From: Acidisarcina sp.
Lineage (GTDB): Bacteria > Acidobacteriota > Terriglobia > Terriglobales > Acidobacteriaceae
DNA: 64,000 bases
Reading direction: 5' to 3'
Assembly: GCA_036401375.1 (NCBI GenBank)
Contig: DASWVB010000013.1
Coordinates: 145,651 to 209,650, forward strand
The position numbers were made by a program, and so were the translations under genes. Within the stretch, counting starts at the first letter, position 1. Each line of letters opens with the position of its first letter. The notes beneath the pieces are model-generated. The model did no database searches and had not been told where the DNA came from. It saw only the letters and a list, made by a program, of their open reading frames with translations. Of this stretch, positions 1-9,147 are shown piece after piece.

Positions 1-580
1 GGCTGTAGTGGCGCAGCATTCGCTTTGAAACATGGCCGGCGAGTCTTTGAGTCAGACTTGGTGGATTCGCGGATGCGTCGGCCAGCAAAACGAAGATCGT
101 GCTACCAAATAGGGTTATCGAGTTTTATCGATCCAGATGTTCTGCAATCCCTCCGCCAGCTAAGCCTCTCGGATTGCATTCTCTCGTCCGGCAACCAGGC
201 ATCTCGACGGTCTGCATCAACTCGCGGGTTGTTGTCGATCCGGAAATTACTACGCGGCACATAGCGAAGGAATTAAGCGCTGTCTGTGATGGAGAGGAAT
301 CAACGGTGCAGCCGACTCGCGCCGGCACTGGCACTGTGATGAGTTGGGATCGGCAGACGGTGGCGCGCTATCTTGGTGATCGCGAAATATGGTGGCAGGC
401 CTGGCAGCGGGCGCAAACGAGAAGGAGCGGGATAACTTGCGGCGCCACTATGGGGCTCAGTCTTCGCGTCACGTTTCTCGTTGGATAAAGATGCAAGTCT
501 TCTTATGATCGATGCTGTAACAGCCATGCCGTACTGGCACTGGAAGGCACGATAGCTTCCGAAACGGAGATCACAGAGGC

Positions 581-1327
581 ATGGCTGCACCGATGCGTAC
601 CGCTATCGAGCACTACGAAAGCTTTCTCGCGGACCATTACACCTGGATGTCTGGCCCATATGCGGATAAGGTCACGCATCAGCATGGTTTGCTCAAGCGA
701 GCCGGCATTGTCCCGGCGGCAACCAGAGCGGCGGTCGACCTCGGCTGCGGTCCCGGGTCGCAGTCGATTGCACTTGCAGAGCTCGGCTTCTCAGTCACGG
801 CTATCGATGCGAATGCACAGCTGCTGGAGGAACTTCGCCAGCACGCGAAGGGTCTGCCAATCCGCCCAGTTTTGCATGACCTTTGCGCCCTGGCGACTTG
901 TTCCATGCTCCCTGCTCAGGTTGATGTTGCGATCTGCGTTGGAGACATCATTCCACACCTGCCCAGCATGGCTTGTGTCACGACGCTATTCAACCAAGTG
1001 AGCGAACTGCTGGTGTCCGGCGGCAAATTCATGCTTGGTTTCCGGGATCTTTCCGAAGAGCTTCATGGTCTTGATCGCTTCATCCCAATTCGCAGCGACG
1101 ACCAACGCATCATGACGTGCGTTCTGGAATACGAGCCAGAGACAGTCATCGTTCACGATCTTATTTATGTACGGCAGGACGGTCGATGGGAGCTTAACAA
1201 GAGTTCCTACCGCAAGCTTCGGCTCAGTCTTGATTGGGTTTGTACTAATCTCGAAGGCCAGGGCTTGATGGTCTCGCATAAGGAACAGACTGCCGGTGTC
1301 TGGACGATTGTGGCGTCCAAGGCTTGA
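581..1327 (+). CDS. Class I SAM-dependent methyltransferase
   Basis: Motif I 'VDLGCGPGSQSIALAELG' plus an acidic post-I residue ('AIDAN'). ATG start preceded by 'gagg'. Its stop abuts the selD stop on the opposite strand. Confidence 0.8.
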   Translation: MAAPMRTAIEHYESFLADHYTWMSGPYADKVTHQHGLLKRAGIVPAATRAAVDLGCGPGSQSIALAELGFSVTAIDANAQLLEELRQHAKGLPIRPVLHDLCALATCSMLPAQVDVAICVGDIIPHLPSMACVTTLFNQVSELLVSGGKFMLGFRDLSEELHGLDRFIPIRSDDQRIMTCVLEYEPETVIVHDLIYVRQDGRWELNKSSYRKLRLSLDWVCTNLEGQGLMVSHKEQTAGVWTIVASKA

Positions 1328-2404
1328 TTAGAGGAACCGGATGGGCTTACCTTCTCCACGCTCCAGCACTCTCCCGATGCGGGTGGCCGGCGTTCCAGCG
1401 GCGCGAGTGAGTTCTTCGAGCTGGACGGCGTCGCGAGGGTCAATCGAGATCAGAAGGCCGCCGGCGGTCTGCGGGTCGAAGAAGAGAGTCATAAGCTCTG
1501 GAGCGATGTTGAGGTTGGGTTCGACGACGCACTCGGCAAACTCGCGGTTCGTCACCAGACCGCCGGGAATGGTCCTGGCCTGCACACACTCGACCGCGCC
1601 GTCGAGCAGCGGAATATCGTTCATCACGAGCTCAAACGCGACGCTACTGGCGAGGGCCATCTCGCGCGCATGGCCGGCCAGACCGAAGCCAGTCACGTCG
1701 GTCATCGCGCTCACCCGAAGTCCGGCCTTGGTGATGGCGATCGCCGCGTTCTTGTTCAGTGTCGTCATGCTCTTGATCGCCGAGTCGATCCATGCCTGCT
1801 TCGCGAGGCCGCGTTTGATCGCAGTCGTGATCACGCCCGTCCCGATGGGCTTGGTGAGAAAAAGCACATCGCCGACCTGGGCGCCTTTGTTCTTGAGCAC
1901 GCGGTCCGGATGGATGGTGCCGGTAACAGCGTAGCCGAACTTCATCTCTGCGTCTTTCACGCTATGGCCACCGATCACGGCGCAGCCTGCCTCCAGCATC
2001 TTGGAAAGGCCGCCGGCCATGATCGCGCCGAGCGTATCGAGATCGCCGTCTTCCGGATAGGCGAGAATCGCAAGTGCGCTGATGGGAATTCCGCCCATCG
2101 CATATACGTCGCTCAGGGCGTTGGTCGCTGCAATCTGGCCGTAGGTGTAGGGATCGTCGACCATTGGAGTAAAAAAGTCGACAGTCTGCACCAGGGCGAG
2201 ATTGTCGGTCAGCTTGTAGATGCCGGCGTCGTCGGCCGTCTCGAATCCGACAAGCACGTTCGGGTTAGTTTGTTTAGGAAGTTGCGAGAGGACACGGTCG
2301 AGAATTTCAGGGCTGATCTTGCTGGCACATCCGCCGGCCTTTACCTGTGCGGTCAACCTGACCGGCGTGTTCGCTGGGACATTTTCAATCAGGGTTTCGC
2401 TCAT
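1328..2404 (-). CDS. selD: Selenide, water dikinase (selenophosphate synthetase), Cys-type
   Basis: N-terminal 'AQVKAGGCASKISPEILDRVL' matches the SelD Cys/Lys active-site loop. AIR-synthase-like fold motifs ('DDAGIY', 'VDFFTP', 'ALSDVYAMGG'). The ATG overlaps the upstream stop (ATGA). Confidence 0.9.
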   Translation of the reverse strand: MSETLIENVPANTPVRLTAQVKAGGCASKISPEILDRVLSQLPKQTNPNVLVGFETADDAGIYKLTDNLALVQTVDFFTPMVDDPYTYGQIAATNALSDVYAMGGIPISALAILAYPEDGDLDTLGAIMAGGLSKMLEAGCAVIGGHSVKDAEMKFGYAVTGTIHPDRVLKNKGAQVGDVLFLTKPIGTGVITTAIKRGLAKQAWIDSAIKSMTTLNKNAAIAITKAGLRVSAMTDVTGFGLAGHAREMALASSVAFELVMNDIPLLDGAVECVQARTIPGGLVTNREFAECVVEPNLNIAPELMTLFFDPQTAGGLLISIDPRDAVQLEELTRAAGTPATRIGRVLERGEGKPIRFL

Positions 2405-3480
2405 CCATTCACTCCTTGTGGATCCAAACCCAGATCAGAGGTGTGGGCCTCTCGCGCGAGCACAATCGTGGTGCATGCGCTCTCACTCTTGGGCATGTCG
2501 CGATGCGGCGCCATGGTCACGGTCAGCGGTTTGGTCTCCCCGCGCACGATAGGGCAGTAAAAGTCGGGCCTGGCCAGCTCATGATGCAGCCGCCTGCGGC
2601 CGGCGCATCCGCCGTGGCAAGCATCGACATGGGGGCAACTCTCGCAGGCTAGAGGCAGGGAGCGGGCATCCCGGAAGGGCTGCGTCTCCGTCACCTGCGA
2701 GCCCTGCTCGAGCAGCAGGCTCAGCGGATCGCCCTCGCCGGGCCAGTAGACGCATGGCTGCACGGTCGCACGAGGCGTAACCCGCACAGTGCCGCACCCG
2801 CATCCGCCCCTGCGTGCGGGAAGCCCGGCCATGGCGCGGACCAGCGGCTCACCCGTGCTGATGAGGTCCGTCTCTTCCAGCAGGATTTGAAAGCCCTCCC
2901 AGTACTCCTTGTAGGTGAGCGCGTAAATGTCGGTGCGCACCGATTGATATACGTTGATCCGCAGCGGCGCATCGTAGCGCTTGGCGATGCGCGCCACATT
3001 GGCTAGATTCCTGTAGTTCGACTTCATCATGACGGCGATGATGGTCACCGGCACTCCGGCCTTGCGGCACCGGGCAGCCTGGCGATGAATCAGCTCCCAG
3101 TTGCCGGCGCCGCGCTGGCCATCCTGCTGAGCGCGGTTGTCGTAGTCGAGCGAGAACTCAATGTCGGTAAAAAAGCCCAACTCCTCGTCGGTAAGCAGCT
3201 CTACGCTGTGGCCGTTCGAGGTCATCGTCATGCGCAGCGGCTGGTCCTTCAGCCATCCGATGATGGGGTGGAAATCGGGATGCATGCCATTCTCGCCGGT
3301 GCCCAGGTTGACCGATTTCACGGGCAGGGCGGCGAGTATCTGCTGCACCTCGTTGAGCGAGATACGGTCAAGACGCGCCGGGTCCCGGTAGCAGAACGAG
3401 CAGGCGAGATTGCACTCGTTCGTCAGCCCCAGACCGAGCGCGAATTGTGGCTCTTCTACCGCGGGAGTCTCCCCTGCCAT
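2401..3480 (-). CDS. Radical SAM enzyme with C-terminal SPASM-like Cys-rich domain
   Basis: CX3CX2C 'CNLACSFC' near the N-terminus. C-terminal Cys clusters 'GGCGCG...PCVYWP' and 'CESCPHVDACHGGCAG'. Start re-picked at Met164 of the track ORF (MAGETPAVEE), which lies downstream of the upstream permease stop at 3546. The 5' 163 codons of the track ORF overlap that permease and look like GC-rich noise. Confidence 0.8.
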   Translation of the reverse strand: MAGETPAVEEPQFALGLGLTNECNLACSFCYRDPARLDRISLNEVQQILAALPVKSVNLGTGENGMHPDFHPIIGWLKDQPLRMTMTSNGHSVELLTDEELGFFTDIEFSLDYDNRAQQDGQRGAGNWELIHRQAARCRKAGVPVTIIAVMMKSNYRNLANVARIAKRYDAPLRINVYQSVRTDIYALTYKEYWEGFQILLEETDLISTGEPLVRAMAGLPARRGGCGCGTVRVTPRATVQPCVYWPGEGDPLSLLLEQGSQVTETQPFRDARSLPLACESCPHVDACHGGCAGRRRLHHELARPDFYCPIVRGETKPLTVTMAPHRDMPKSESACTTIVLAREAHTSDLGLDPQGVNG

Positions 3481-3545
3481 CTCTTCGCCTCCCTTCCCTT
3501 CCACCGCAAAGTCCGCAAATCGTGGCACGTTCGTTGTCCGCCCTC

Positions 3546-5261
3546 TTACGTTTGCATCTCCATGCGCGCGCTGGGCTGACTTAGCCAGTCCGATGCGACC
3601 ACGAGCACGATGACCGCAGCGATCAGCGTTGAAACTTTGCCATAATCCCCTAACTGTACATCGTTGTAGAGTGCCTGACCGAGGCCGCCGCCGCCAACCA
3701 GGCCGAGGATCGTCGCCGCGCGCAGATTCATGTCCCAACGCAGCAGGATATAGCGGCGCATCATCGGCCAGGACTGCGGCAGCAGGGCCCAGAACATGCA
3801 TTGAAGCGGAGTGGCTCCAAAGGCCAGCAGCGCCTCCACCTGCTCCTGCGGGCTCTCCTCCATCGTCTCCGCGAAGAGCTTGCCCAGCACCCCGCCGGTG
3901 TGGAGTCCTAACGCGATCGCACCGGCAAAAGGGCCAAAGCCTACAGCGATCACGCAGACCAGGACCCACACGAGTTCGGGCGTCGCACGCAGCAGGTTCG
4001 AGACCAGGCGGGCTAGCCAGAAGACGACTTCACCCCGCATCCTGAGCAGCCAGGAGCGCTCAAGAGACTCATGCCGGGCGGAGCGCAGCCGGGTGGCGGG
4101 AAAGGCCAGCATCAGCCCAAGCACCGCGCCGGTCACGGTGCCGAGGACCGAAATACTGATGGTCTGTAGAGCGAGCACACCGACCTCGCGCAGAAACGCG
4201 GGCGACCACTCCGGCCTGAAGAGCGATCGAGCGAAGCGCGCCAGGTTGGGGATCGTATCGCTTGCGGCGAAGTTGTCCCAGCGGAGTCCAGCAACGGGCA
4301 GCGAGGCAAAAAGCACGCCGAGCAGCGCGACACCGATGAAGGAACGGCTGACGAGAGGCCGCTTGAAAACGTCCCCTCGCTTCGACGCTCTGACACCCGT
4401 TTCGGACGGGGTGACAATGCGCCCTCGCATCGCGCGGCTCAGCAGGTCGACGAGAAAGAGCAGCAGCACGAAGCAGCCAATGAGAGTTAGCACCTGGGAG
4501 AATTCGAAGAGCCGGGATGACAAGCTGATTTCATATCCAAGGCCGCCCGCTCCCACAAAACCCAACACAGCCGCCGACCGCACGCAGCATTCGAAGGAGT
4601 AGAGCGTGTAAGAGGTGAGCAATGCACGGCTCTGCGGCAGGATGCCAAAGAGCAGCATCTGCAGGCGGGTCGCACCCAGCCCACGCAGTGCTTCGAGCGG
4701 CCTTACGTCTGCTTCGTCGAAGATGTCCGCATAGACGCGGCCAAGCAGCGCGGTGTACGAAATAACGAGCGCAAGCGTGCCTGGCAGCGGACCGAGACCC
4801 AGTCCCGCGACGAAGAGCAGGGCCCAGACCAGGTCGGGAACGGAGCGGATGACGCCCATAACGTGCAGGGTCATCCAACTCAGCGCCTTCAAAATTGATG
4901 GGCCGCCCTGGTCATCCGCGATACCGTTCCTCCACAGGCGCCCGCTGGCCAGAACGCCCAGCGGCATCGCGAGCGACGCCGAGAGCACGGTCGCCACCAC
5001 GGCGGTCGCTGCCGTCGTCAGCGTGGCGCGAAGAGCCACCTTCAGGAAGCTGAAGGAGAGGTCGGGCGGGAAGAGCCGAACCAGTAGGTCGGCAATCGAT
5101 GTCCACATCTGGTGCGAGACCAGCAGGCGCAGATCGACATGGGCGTTCCACCCAGCCAAGACCACGAGGACGATAAGTCCCAGCGGAAATCTCCACCTGT
5201 CGACTGCGCCGAAGCGCGGTTTAACGAAGGCAGGCGCGCTTCTGGTGATCGTCGGCGCCAC
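3546..5261 (-). CDS. ABC transporter permease, fused double PhnE-like (phosphonate/oxyanion type)
   Basis: 571 aa, polytopic, with two repeated permease halves of the PhnE/BPD_transp_1 type. Lies between PhnC-like and radical SAM genes in the same orientation. Confidence 0.8.
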   Translation of the reverse strand: MAPTITRSAPAFVKPRFGAVDRWRFPLGLIVLVVLAGWNAHVDLRLLVSHQMWTSIADLLVRLFPPDLSFSFLKVALRATLTTAATAVVATVLSASLAMPLGVLASGRLWRNGIADDQGGPSILKALSWMTLHVMGVIRSVPDLVWALLFVAGLGLGPLPGTLALVISYTALLGRVYADIFDEADVRPLEALRGLGATRLQMLLFGILPQSRALLTSYTLYSFECCVRSAAVLGFVGAGGLGYEISLSSRLFEFSQVLTLIGCFVLLLFLVDLLSRAMRGRIVTPSETGVRASKRGDVFKRPLVSRSFIGVALLGVLFASLPVAGLRWDNFAASDTIPNLARFARSLFRPEWSPAFLREVGVLALQTISISVLGTVTGAVLGLMLAFPATRLRSARHESLERSWLLRMRGEVVFWLARLVSNLLRATPELVWVLVCVIAVGFGPFAGAIALGLHTGGVLGKLFAETMEESPQEQVEALLAFGATPLQCMFWALLPQSWPMMRRYILLRWDMNLRAATILGLVGGGGLGQALYNDVQLGDYGKVSTLIAAVIVLVVASDWLSQPSARMEMQT

Positions 5262-6129
5262 CGGGGCCTCCCGCAGGATCGAGTGTGGGAAGGCGTGCGG
5301 CTTGCTCGTGTGGTTCGTTCAGTTCTCTCGGCTCGTGCGGTTTGACTGAACGGTGATAAAGCTGGGTGAGCGATTTTTCCTCGAGATCCGAGGTAGGCAG
5401 GTCGAAGGCGACCTCGCCGGTGCGCAGCCCGACCACTCGCTTCGAGTGACGGCGGGCGAGTTCCACCTGATGGAGCGAGATCAGCAGGGTGAGATGCGAG
5501 TCCTCCGCAAGCCGCACCAGCAGGTCGAGGATCTCATCCGACAGCACGGGATCGAGCGAGGCGACCGGCTCGTCGGCAAGAATCACCTCCGGCTGCTGCA
5601 TGAGCGTGCGAGCAATCGCGAGGCGCTGCTGCTGGCCGCCGGAGAGTTGGCTGCAGGCACTTCGCCACTTTTCCTTAAGACCTACCGCCTCGAGGCAATG
5701 CTCGGCGCGTTCGACCTCCGCTGCCTTCGGGGTGACCAGGTTTCGCACCGTGCTGGCGATCCCCCATCGCCCCAGCGCGCCGCTCAATGTGTTCATCAGG
5801 GCAGACATGCCTGGGACCAGGTAGTGCTGCTGGTAGATGCAGCCGATCCGGCAACGCATCTGCCGCAGGTCGGCCTGCCCCATGGAAGAGACGTCGGCAG
5901 TGCGATAGAGCAACTTGCCCGCGGAGGGAAAGATACTTGCATTGAGCAAGCGAAAGAGAGTCGTCTTGCCCGAGCCGGAGGGGCCAAGCAGGACTACCTG
6001 GTCGCCCTGTGGAATGTCGAGGGTGATGTTTTGAAGCGCAACCGAAGGCCGGTCTCCGTCTCCGAAGGTGCGGCCGACTCCGCGAAGACTATAGATCGAT
6101 GGGCTATCGATCTTTGGGCTGAAGTTCAA
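5221..6129 (-). CDS. ABC transporter ATP-binding protein, PhnC-like
   Basis: Walker A 'GPSGSGKTT', ABC signature '[15 protein letters not shown]', Walker B 'ILADEP'. 4-nt overlap with the upstream binding-protein gene. Confidence 0.85.
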   Translation of the reverse strand: MNFSPKIDSPSIYSLRGVGRTFGDGDRPSVALQNITLDIPQGDQVVLLGPSGSGKTTLFRLLNASIFPSAGKLLYRTADVSSMGQADLRQMRCRIGCIYQQHYLVPGMSALMNTLSGALGRWGIASTVRNLVTPKAAEVERAEHCLEAVGLKEKWRSACSQLSGGQQQRLAIARTLMQQPEVILADEPVASLDPVLSDEILDLLVRLAEDSHLTLLISLHQVELARRHSKRVVGLRTGEVAFDLPTSDLEEKSLTQLYHRSVKPHEPRELNEPHEQAARLPTLDPAGGPGGADDHQKRACLR

Positions 6130-7019
6130 TGCAGCAGTCCCGCACTCGTCGCCGCGCCCCGCAGCTTTTCATAGTCCGCATCGTTCGCGGTCACATACCC
6201 CTTCGAGTTCAGAAGGTCGAGCAGCGCCTTCTGATCCGGGTTGTCCGCGCTCAGGCCCTTCATCGCATTGGCGAAGGACTCGGCCACCTTGGGATCGAGG
6301 TTCTTGTTGGCCACCCACACGTAGTCGAAAAACGGCGGCGTGGTGTAGAAGACGCGCACCGCATCCGGCTTCAGTTGGCCGTTGGAGGTCATCTTCTTGT
6401 ACACCAGCTCATCCATCGATCCAGCCTCGGCCTTGCCGTTGGCCACGGCGAGCGCCGTGGCGTCGTGCGCGCCGCTATAGCTCGCGTTCTTGATCACAGC
6501 CGGGTCGACCTTCTCCTGCTGCATGTAATACAGCGGCATCAGGTGGCCGGAGGTCGAGTTGACGTCGCCAAAGACGAAGTGGCCGTGCAGGTCGGCCAGC
6601 GAGTGGATCTTCGAATTCGTCTGGGTGATGAAGACGGAATGAAACTGCTGGTCGATGGTGCGCTGCACCAGGGGCTTGACGCCGGCCCGCGCAGACGCCT
6701 GCACATAGGTGAAGCCGCCCAGGTATGCGATGTCCACCTTGTTGTTGACCAGGGCCTCGACCACCGCCGCGTAGCTGGTCGGTATCGTCAGATCCGGGGT
6801 CAGCCCGGTCTGCTTCTGCCAGTAGCCCAGTAGAGGCTGATTGTCACGCAGGGCCTTGCCCGGGTCCGTAGTCGGAATCATGCTGATGCGCAGCTTGGTT
6901 TCGGGTGCAGGCCCGGAGTGGCAACCAGCAAGAACAACCAGCGCGAACATTGCCGCGAGGGCAAACCTATTCAGAGTAGGGGCAGCGAACTGCTTTGGCC
7001 GGGCATTCCAATCGCGCAA
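6126..7019 (-). CDS. PhnD-family periplasmic substrate-binding lipoprotein (phosphate/phosphite/phosphonate-like; possibly selenate-type)
   Basis: Lipobox 'VLAGC'. PhnD-like motifs 'TSYAAVVEALVNNKVDIAYLGGFTYV' and 'GDVNSTSGHLMP'. First gene of the operon. Confidence 0.85.
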   Translation of the reverse strand: MRDWNARPKQFAAPTLNRFALAAMFALVVLAGCHSGPAPETKLRISMIPTTDPGKALRDNQPLLGYWQKQTGLTPDLTIPTSYAAVVEALVNNKVDIAYLGGFTYVQASARAGVKPLVQRTIDQQFHSVFITQTNSKIHSLADLHGHFVFGDVNSTSGHLMPLYYMQQEKVDPAVIKNASYSGAHDATALAVANGKAEAGSMDELVYKKMTSNGQLKPDAVRVFYTTPPFFDYVWVANKNLDPKVAESFANAMKGLSADNPDQKALLDLLNSKGYVTANDADYEKLRGAATSAGLLH

Positions 7020-7329
7020 GGCTTTGTCTCCGGAGGACGTTCAACTGCGTGTTTGACGAACCCATCCTAGCAGACGGGAGATGGGCCCCGTGCCGCCTCG
7101 GTCGCGCTCGGCAAGCAGCACGTCGAGTCCCAGGCTACGACCCGGCGCGACCAGCGAAAACTGTACCACCACGTGCGTCGTCCAACCGCCTTCACCAAAT
7201 ATGGGTTGAACGCATCGACGATCTAGTTCGTTCTCATTCGGCGTCAGCCCCCATCGCGATATACGCAAGGTTAGATCATCCACCGGCCTACAAGGTTACG
7301 AGTATTTTCTTGATGAGTGCACTGACTCG

Positions 7330-7497
7330 CTATCGCCAGTCGAGCACGGGATTAGTGACGACAAGCCGACTTGTGAGGACTAACCGATCGTAACTGTAGA
7401 ACGATTGAGAACACATTTCTCCATCACGGCACTCTTCGTCGTTGCATGCGCAGAGTTCGTTCATGCACAAGGTCAGAATCAGGGCTAGACTAGTCAT
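7330..7497 (-). CDS. Possible small Cys-rich secreted/lipo-peptide (55 aa), hypothetical
   Basis: Internal ATG (Met16 of track ORF 7330..7542) preceded by GGAGAGG about 7 nt upstream. Hydrophobic N-terminus 'MTSLALILTLC', then 'MNELCACNDEECRDGEMC'. Lies in AT-richer DNA, divergent from the RT gene. No recognisable family. Confidence 0.25.
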   Translation of the reverse strand: MTSLALILTLCMNELCACNDEECRDGEMCSQSFYSYDRLVLTSRLVVTNPVLDWR

Positions 7498-7552
7498 TCG
7501 GCCGCCTCTCCATTGGGAAGGATGAAGGCGGCACAGCCTCACAGGAGGAGCC

Positions 7553-9106
7553 TTGTTTCAACTTAGCGAGCAGTCCCTCCAGCGAGGCTTCGAAACGATC
7601 CAGCATCACGGATACAGTGATTTCTTCCCCTCGCCGCCAGAATGGGCTGGGGTCGAAGCGGGCTGGCAGGAGCTGAGACCTATGCTTGCGGAGTTTGACC
7701 TGCAGAAGTACACCCCGTATCGCCCTATCTATGCCCACGCACCGAAGTCGAAGATCAACTTGCGTCCCGTTACGCTGCTCCATCCGGTAGATCTCATCTT
7801 GTACAGTTCGCTGGTGGTGGATCTCACAAACGAGATTGACGATAAACGAATTCGGGAGACGGACGACCGCGTCTTTTCTTTCAGATTGGGATCTGCTCGC
7901 AACGAGCTGTATGCATCGGAACCGAGTCACGCAGAGTTTGAAGCCCAAAAGCGCGTGCGTGCGCAAGCTCAGCTGTCTGGTTACATAGGCTTCGCAGACA
8001 TTACGGATTTCTACTCTCGCCTATATCAGCACAAAGTCCGGGGCGCTTTGGACGCCTGTGTGGATGGCGTTCCCAAGCTAGGGCCCTACCCAGGAATCAT
8101 CGAAGGTTTGCTACGCAATCTTACGCACGATGGACTTAGCTATGGCATTCCAATCGGACCACCGGCTTCCAGACCCTTGGCGGAAGCTGCTTTGATCGAC
8201 ATCGACGATGAGCTGCTCGGGAGTGGCATCGACTTCATCCGCTACATTGACGACTACGTTTTCTTCGCTTCAAGCAGAGAGAAGGTGGAGTGGGCTATAC
8301 GAACGCTCGGTCAACTCTTGGATAAGCGGCAGGGGTTATCGCTCCACGCAGCGAAGACGAAGGTGATGAAGTGTAAGAAATATCTGGAAGCGCACGGCGA
8401 TGATGAGGAAGCAGAAGATTCGGTCGAATCCCGTTTCGCGAAGCTGATTGAAGAGCACTTCTATGATGACGATAGTGGGCGTTTGCTCGACGAGCTGTCA
8501 GCTGAAGAAAAGGAAGCTCTAGAAGCGGTCGATTTGGAGGAGATCCTGACCGAAGCGCTTGATGAGGATGAGATTGACTACAAGAAGGTCGCATTCATCC
8601 TTCATCGACTTTCCAGCTTCGAACGCAATGACTTAATCGATATCGTGTTGGATCATCTTCCTCGTCTGTATCCGGTGGCCCATGCTCTTCACGCATTCTT
8701 CCGGAATGTCGAGCCTATCGATCCAGAAATGCGAAAGAAGTGTGCCGTTAAGCTTCTAGCTCCCATCACAGCCTCCGGCGATGCCCAAGCGCCTGAGTTC
8801 TATGCGATTTGGATACTCGATCTTTTCGGGACGAACCCTATTTGGAATCAGGCAAACGAGCTTGGGACGGTGTTCAAGACTACTCCGTCTCAAGCGGTGA
8901 GGCGTTACGCTGCTCTCGCTCTCTCTGCCAGCGGTCGCCGATCACAAGCTCTGTCATTCAAAGATGCTTTCCAATCGTCGGAACCTCTGACCCGTCTGGC
9001 ACTCTTGCGGGGCAGCCGCAAACTAGGAGCAGACGAACGCAAGCATTGGCTTGCACGGGTGCAGCTAGATTGGTTTGAGAAGTTCGTGAAGAAGCATCAG
9101 ACCTAG
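7553..9106 (+). CDS. Reverse transcriptase, UG/Abi-like (defence-type), with C-terminal alpha-helical repeat domain
   Basis: RT motifs in canonical order: 'APKSKINLRPVTLLHPVDLILYSSLV' (1-2), 'FADITDFYSRLYQH' (3), 'GIPIGPPASRPLAEAAL' (4), 'IRYIDDYVFF' (5, YxDD at nt 8243-8254), 'LSLHAAKTKV' (6-7). About 230 aa helical C-terminus. No maturase/X domain, no En domain, no retron 'VTG' motif. TTG start 5 nt after AGGAGG. Confidence 0.85.
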   Translation: MFQLSEQSLQRGFETIQHHGYSDFFPSPPEWAGVEAGWQELRPMLAEFDLQKYTPYRPIYAHAPKSKINLRPVTLLHPVDLILYSSLVVDLTNEIDDKRIRETDDRVFSFRLGSARNELYASEPSHAEFEAQKRVRAQAQLSGYIGFADITDFYSRLYQHKVRGALDACVDGVPKLGPYPGIIEGLLRNLTHDGLSYGIPIGPPASRPLAEAALIDIDDELLGSGIDFIRYIDDYVFFASSREKVEWAIRTLGQLLDKRQGLSLHAAKTKVMKCKKYLEAHGDDEEAEDSVESRFAKLIEEHFYDDDSGRLLDELSAEEKEALEAVDLEEILTEALDEDEIDYKKVAFILHRLSSFERNDLIDIVLDHLPRLYPVAHALHAFFRNVEPIDPEMRKKCAVKLLAPITASGDAQAPEFYAIWILDLFGTNPIWNQANELGTVFKTTPSQAVRRYAALALSASGRRSQALSFKDAFQSSEPLTRLALLRGSRKLGADERKHWLARVQLDWFEKFVKKHQT

Positions 9107-9147
9107 CCTGCCAACTTCAGATTCGCTGCTCGTGGTCTCTGCCCACA

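Noticed and set aside
1-580. ORFs at the left edge (25..264, 99..488, 300..590)
   Set aside because: They mutually overlap and have no recognisable motifs, SD sites or plausible composition. The region may be non-coding or a decayed gene, and it cannot be supported.
2401-3969. Full 522-aa track ORF for the selD-linked radical SAM protein
   Set aside because: Its first 163 codons are Arg/Gly/Ala/Pro-rich with no motifs and overlap the 3' end of the PhnE-like permease gene in another frame. The conserved rSAM core begins right after Met164 (nt 3480), downstream of the permease stop.
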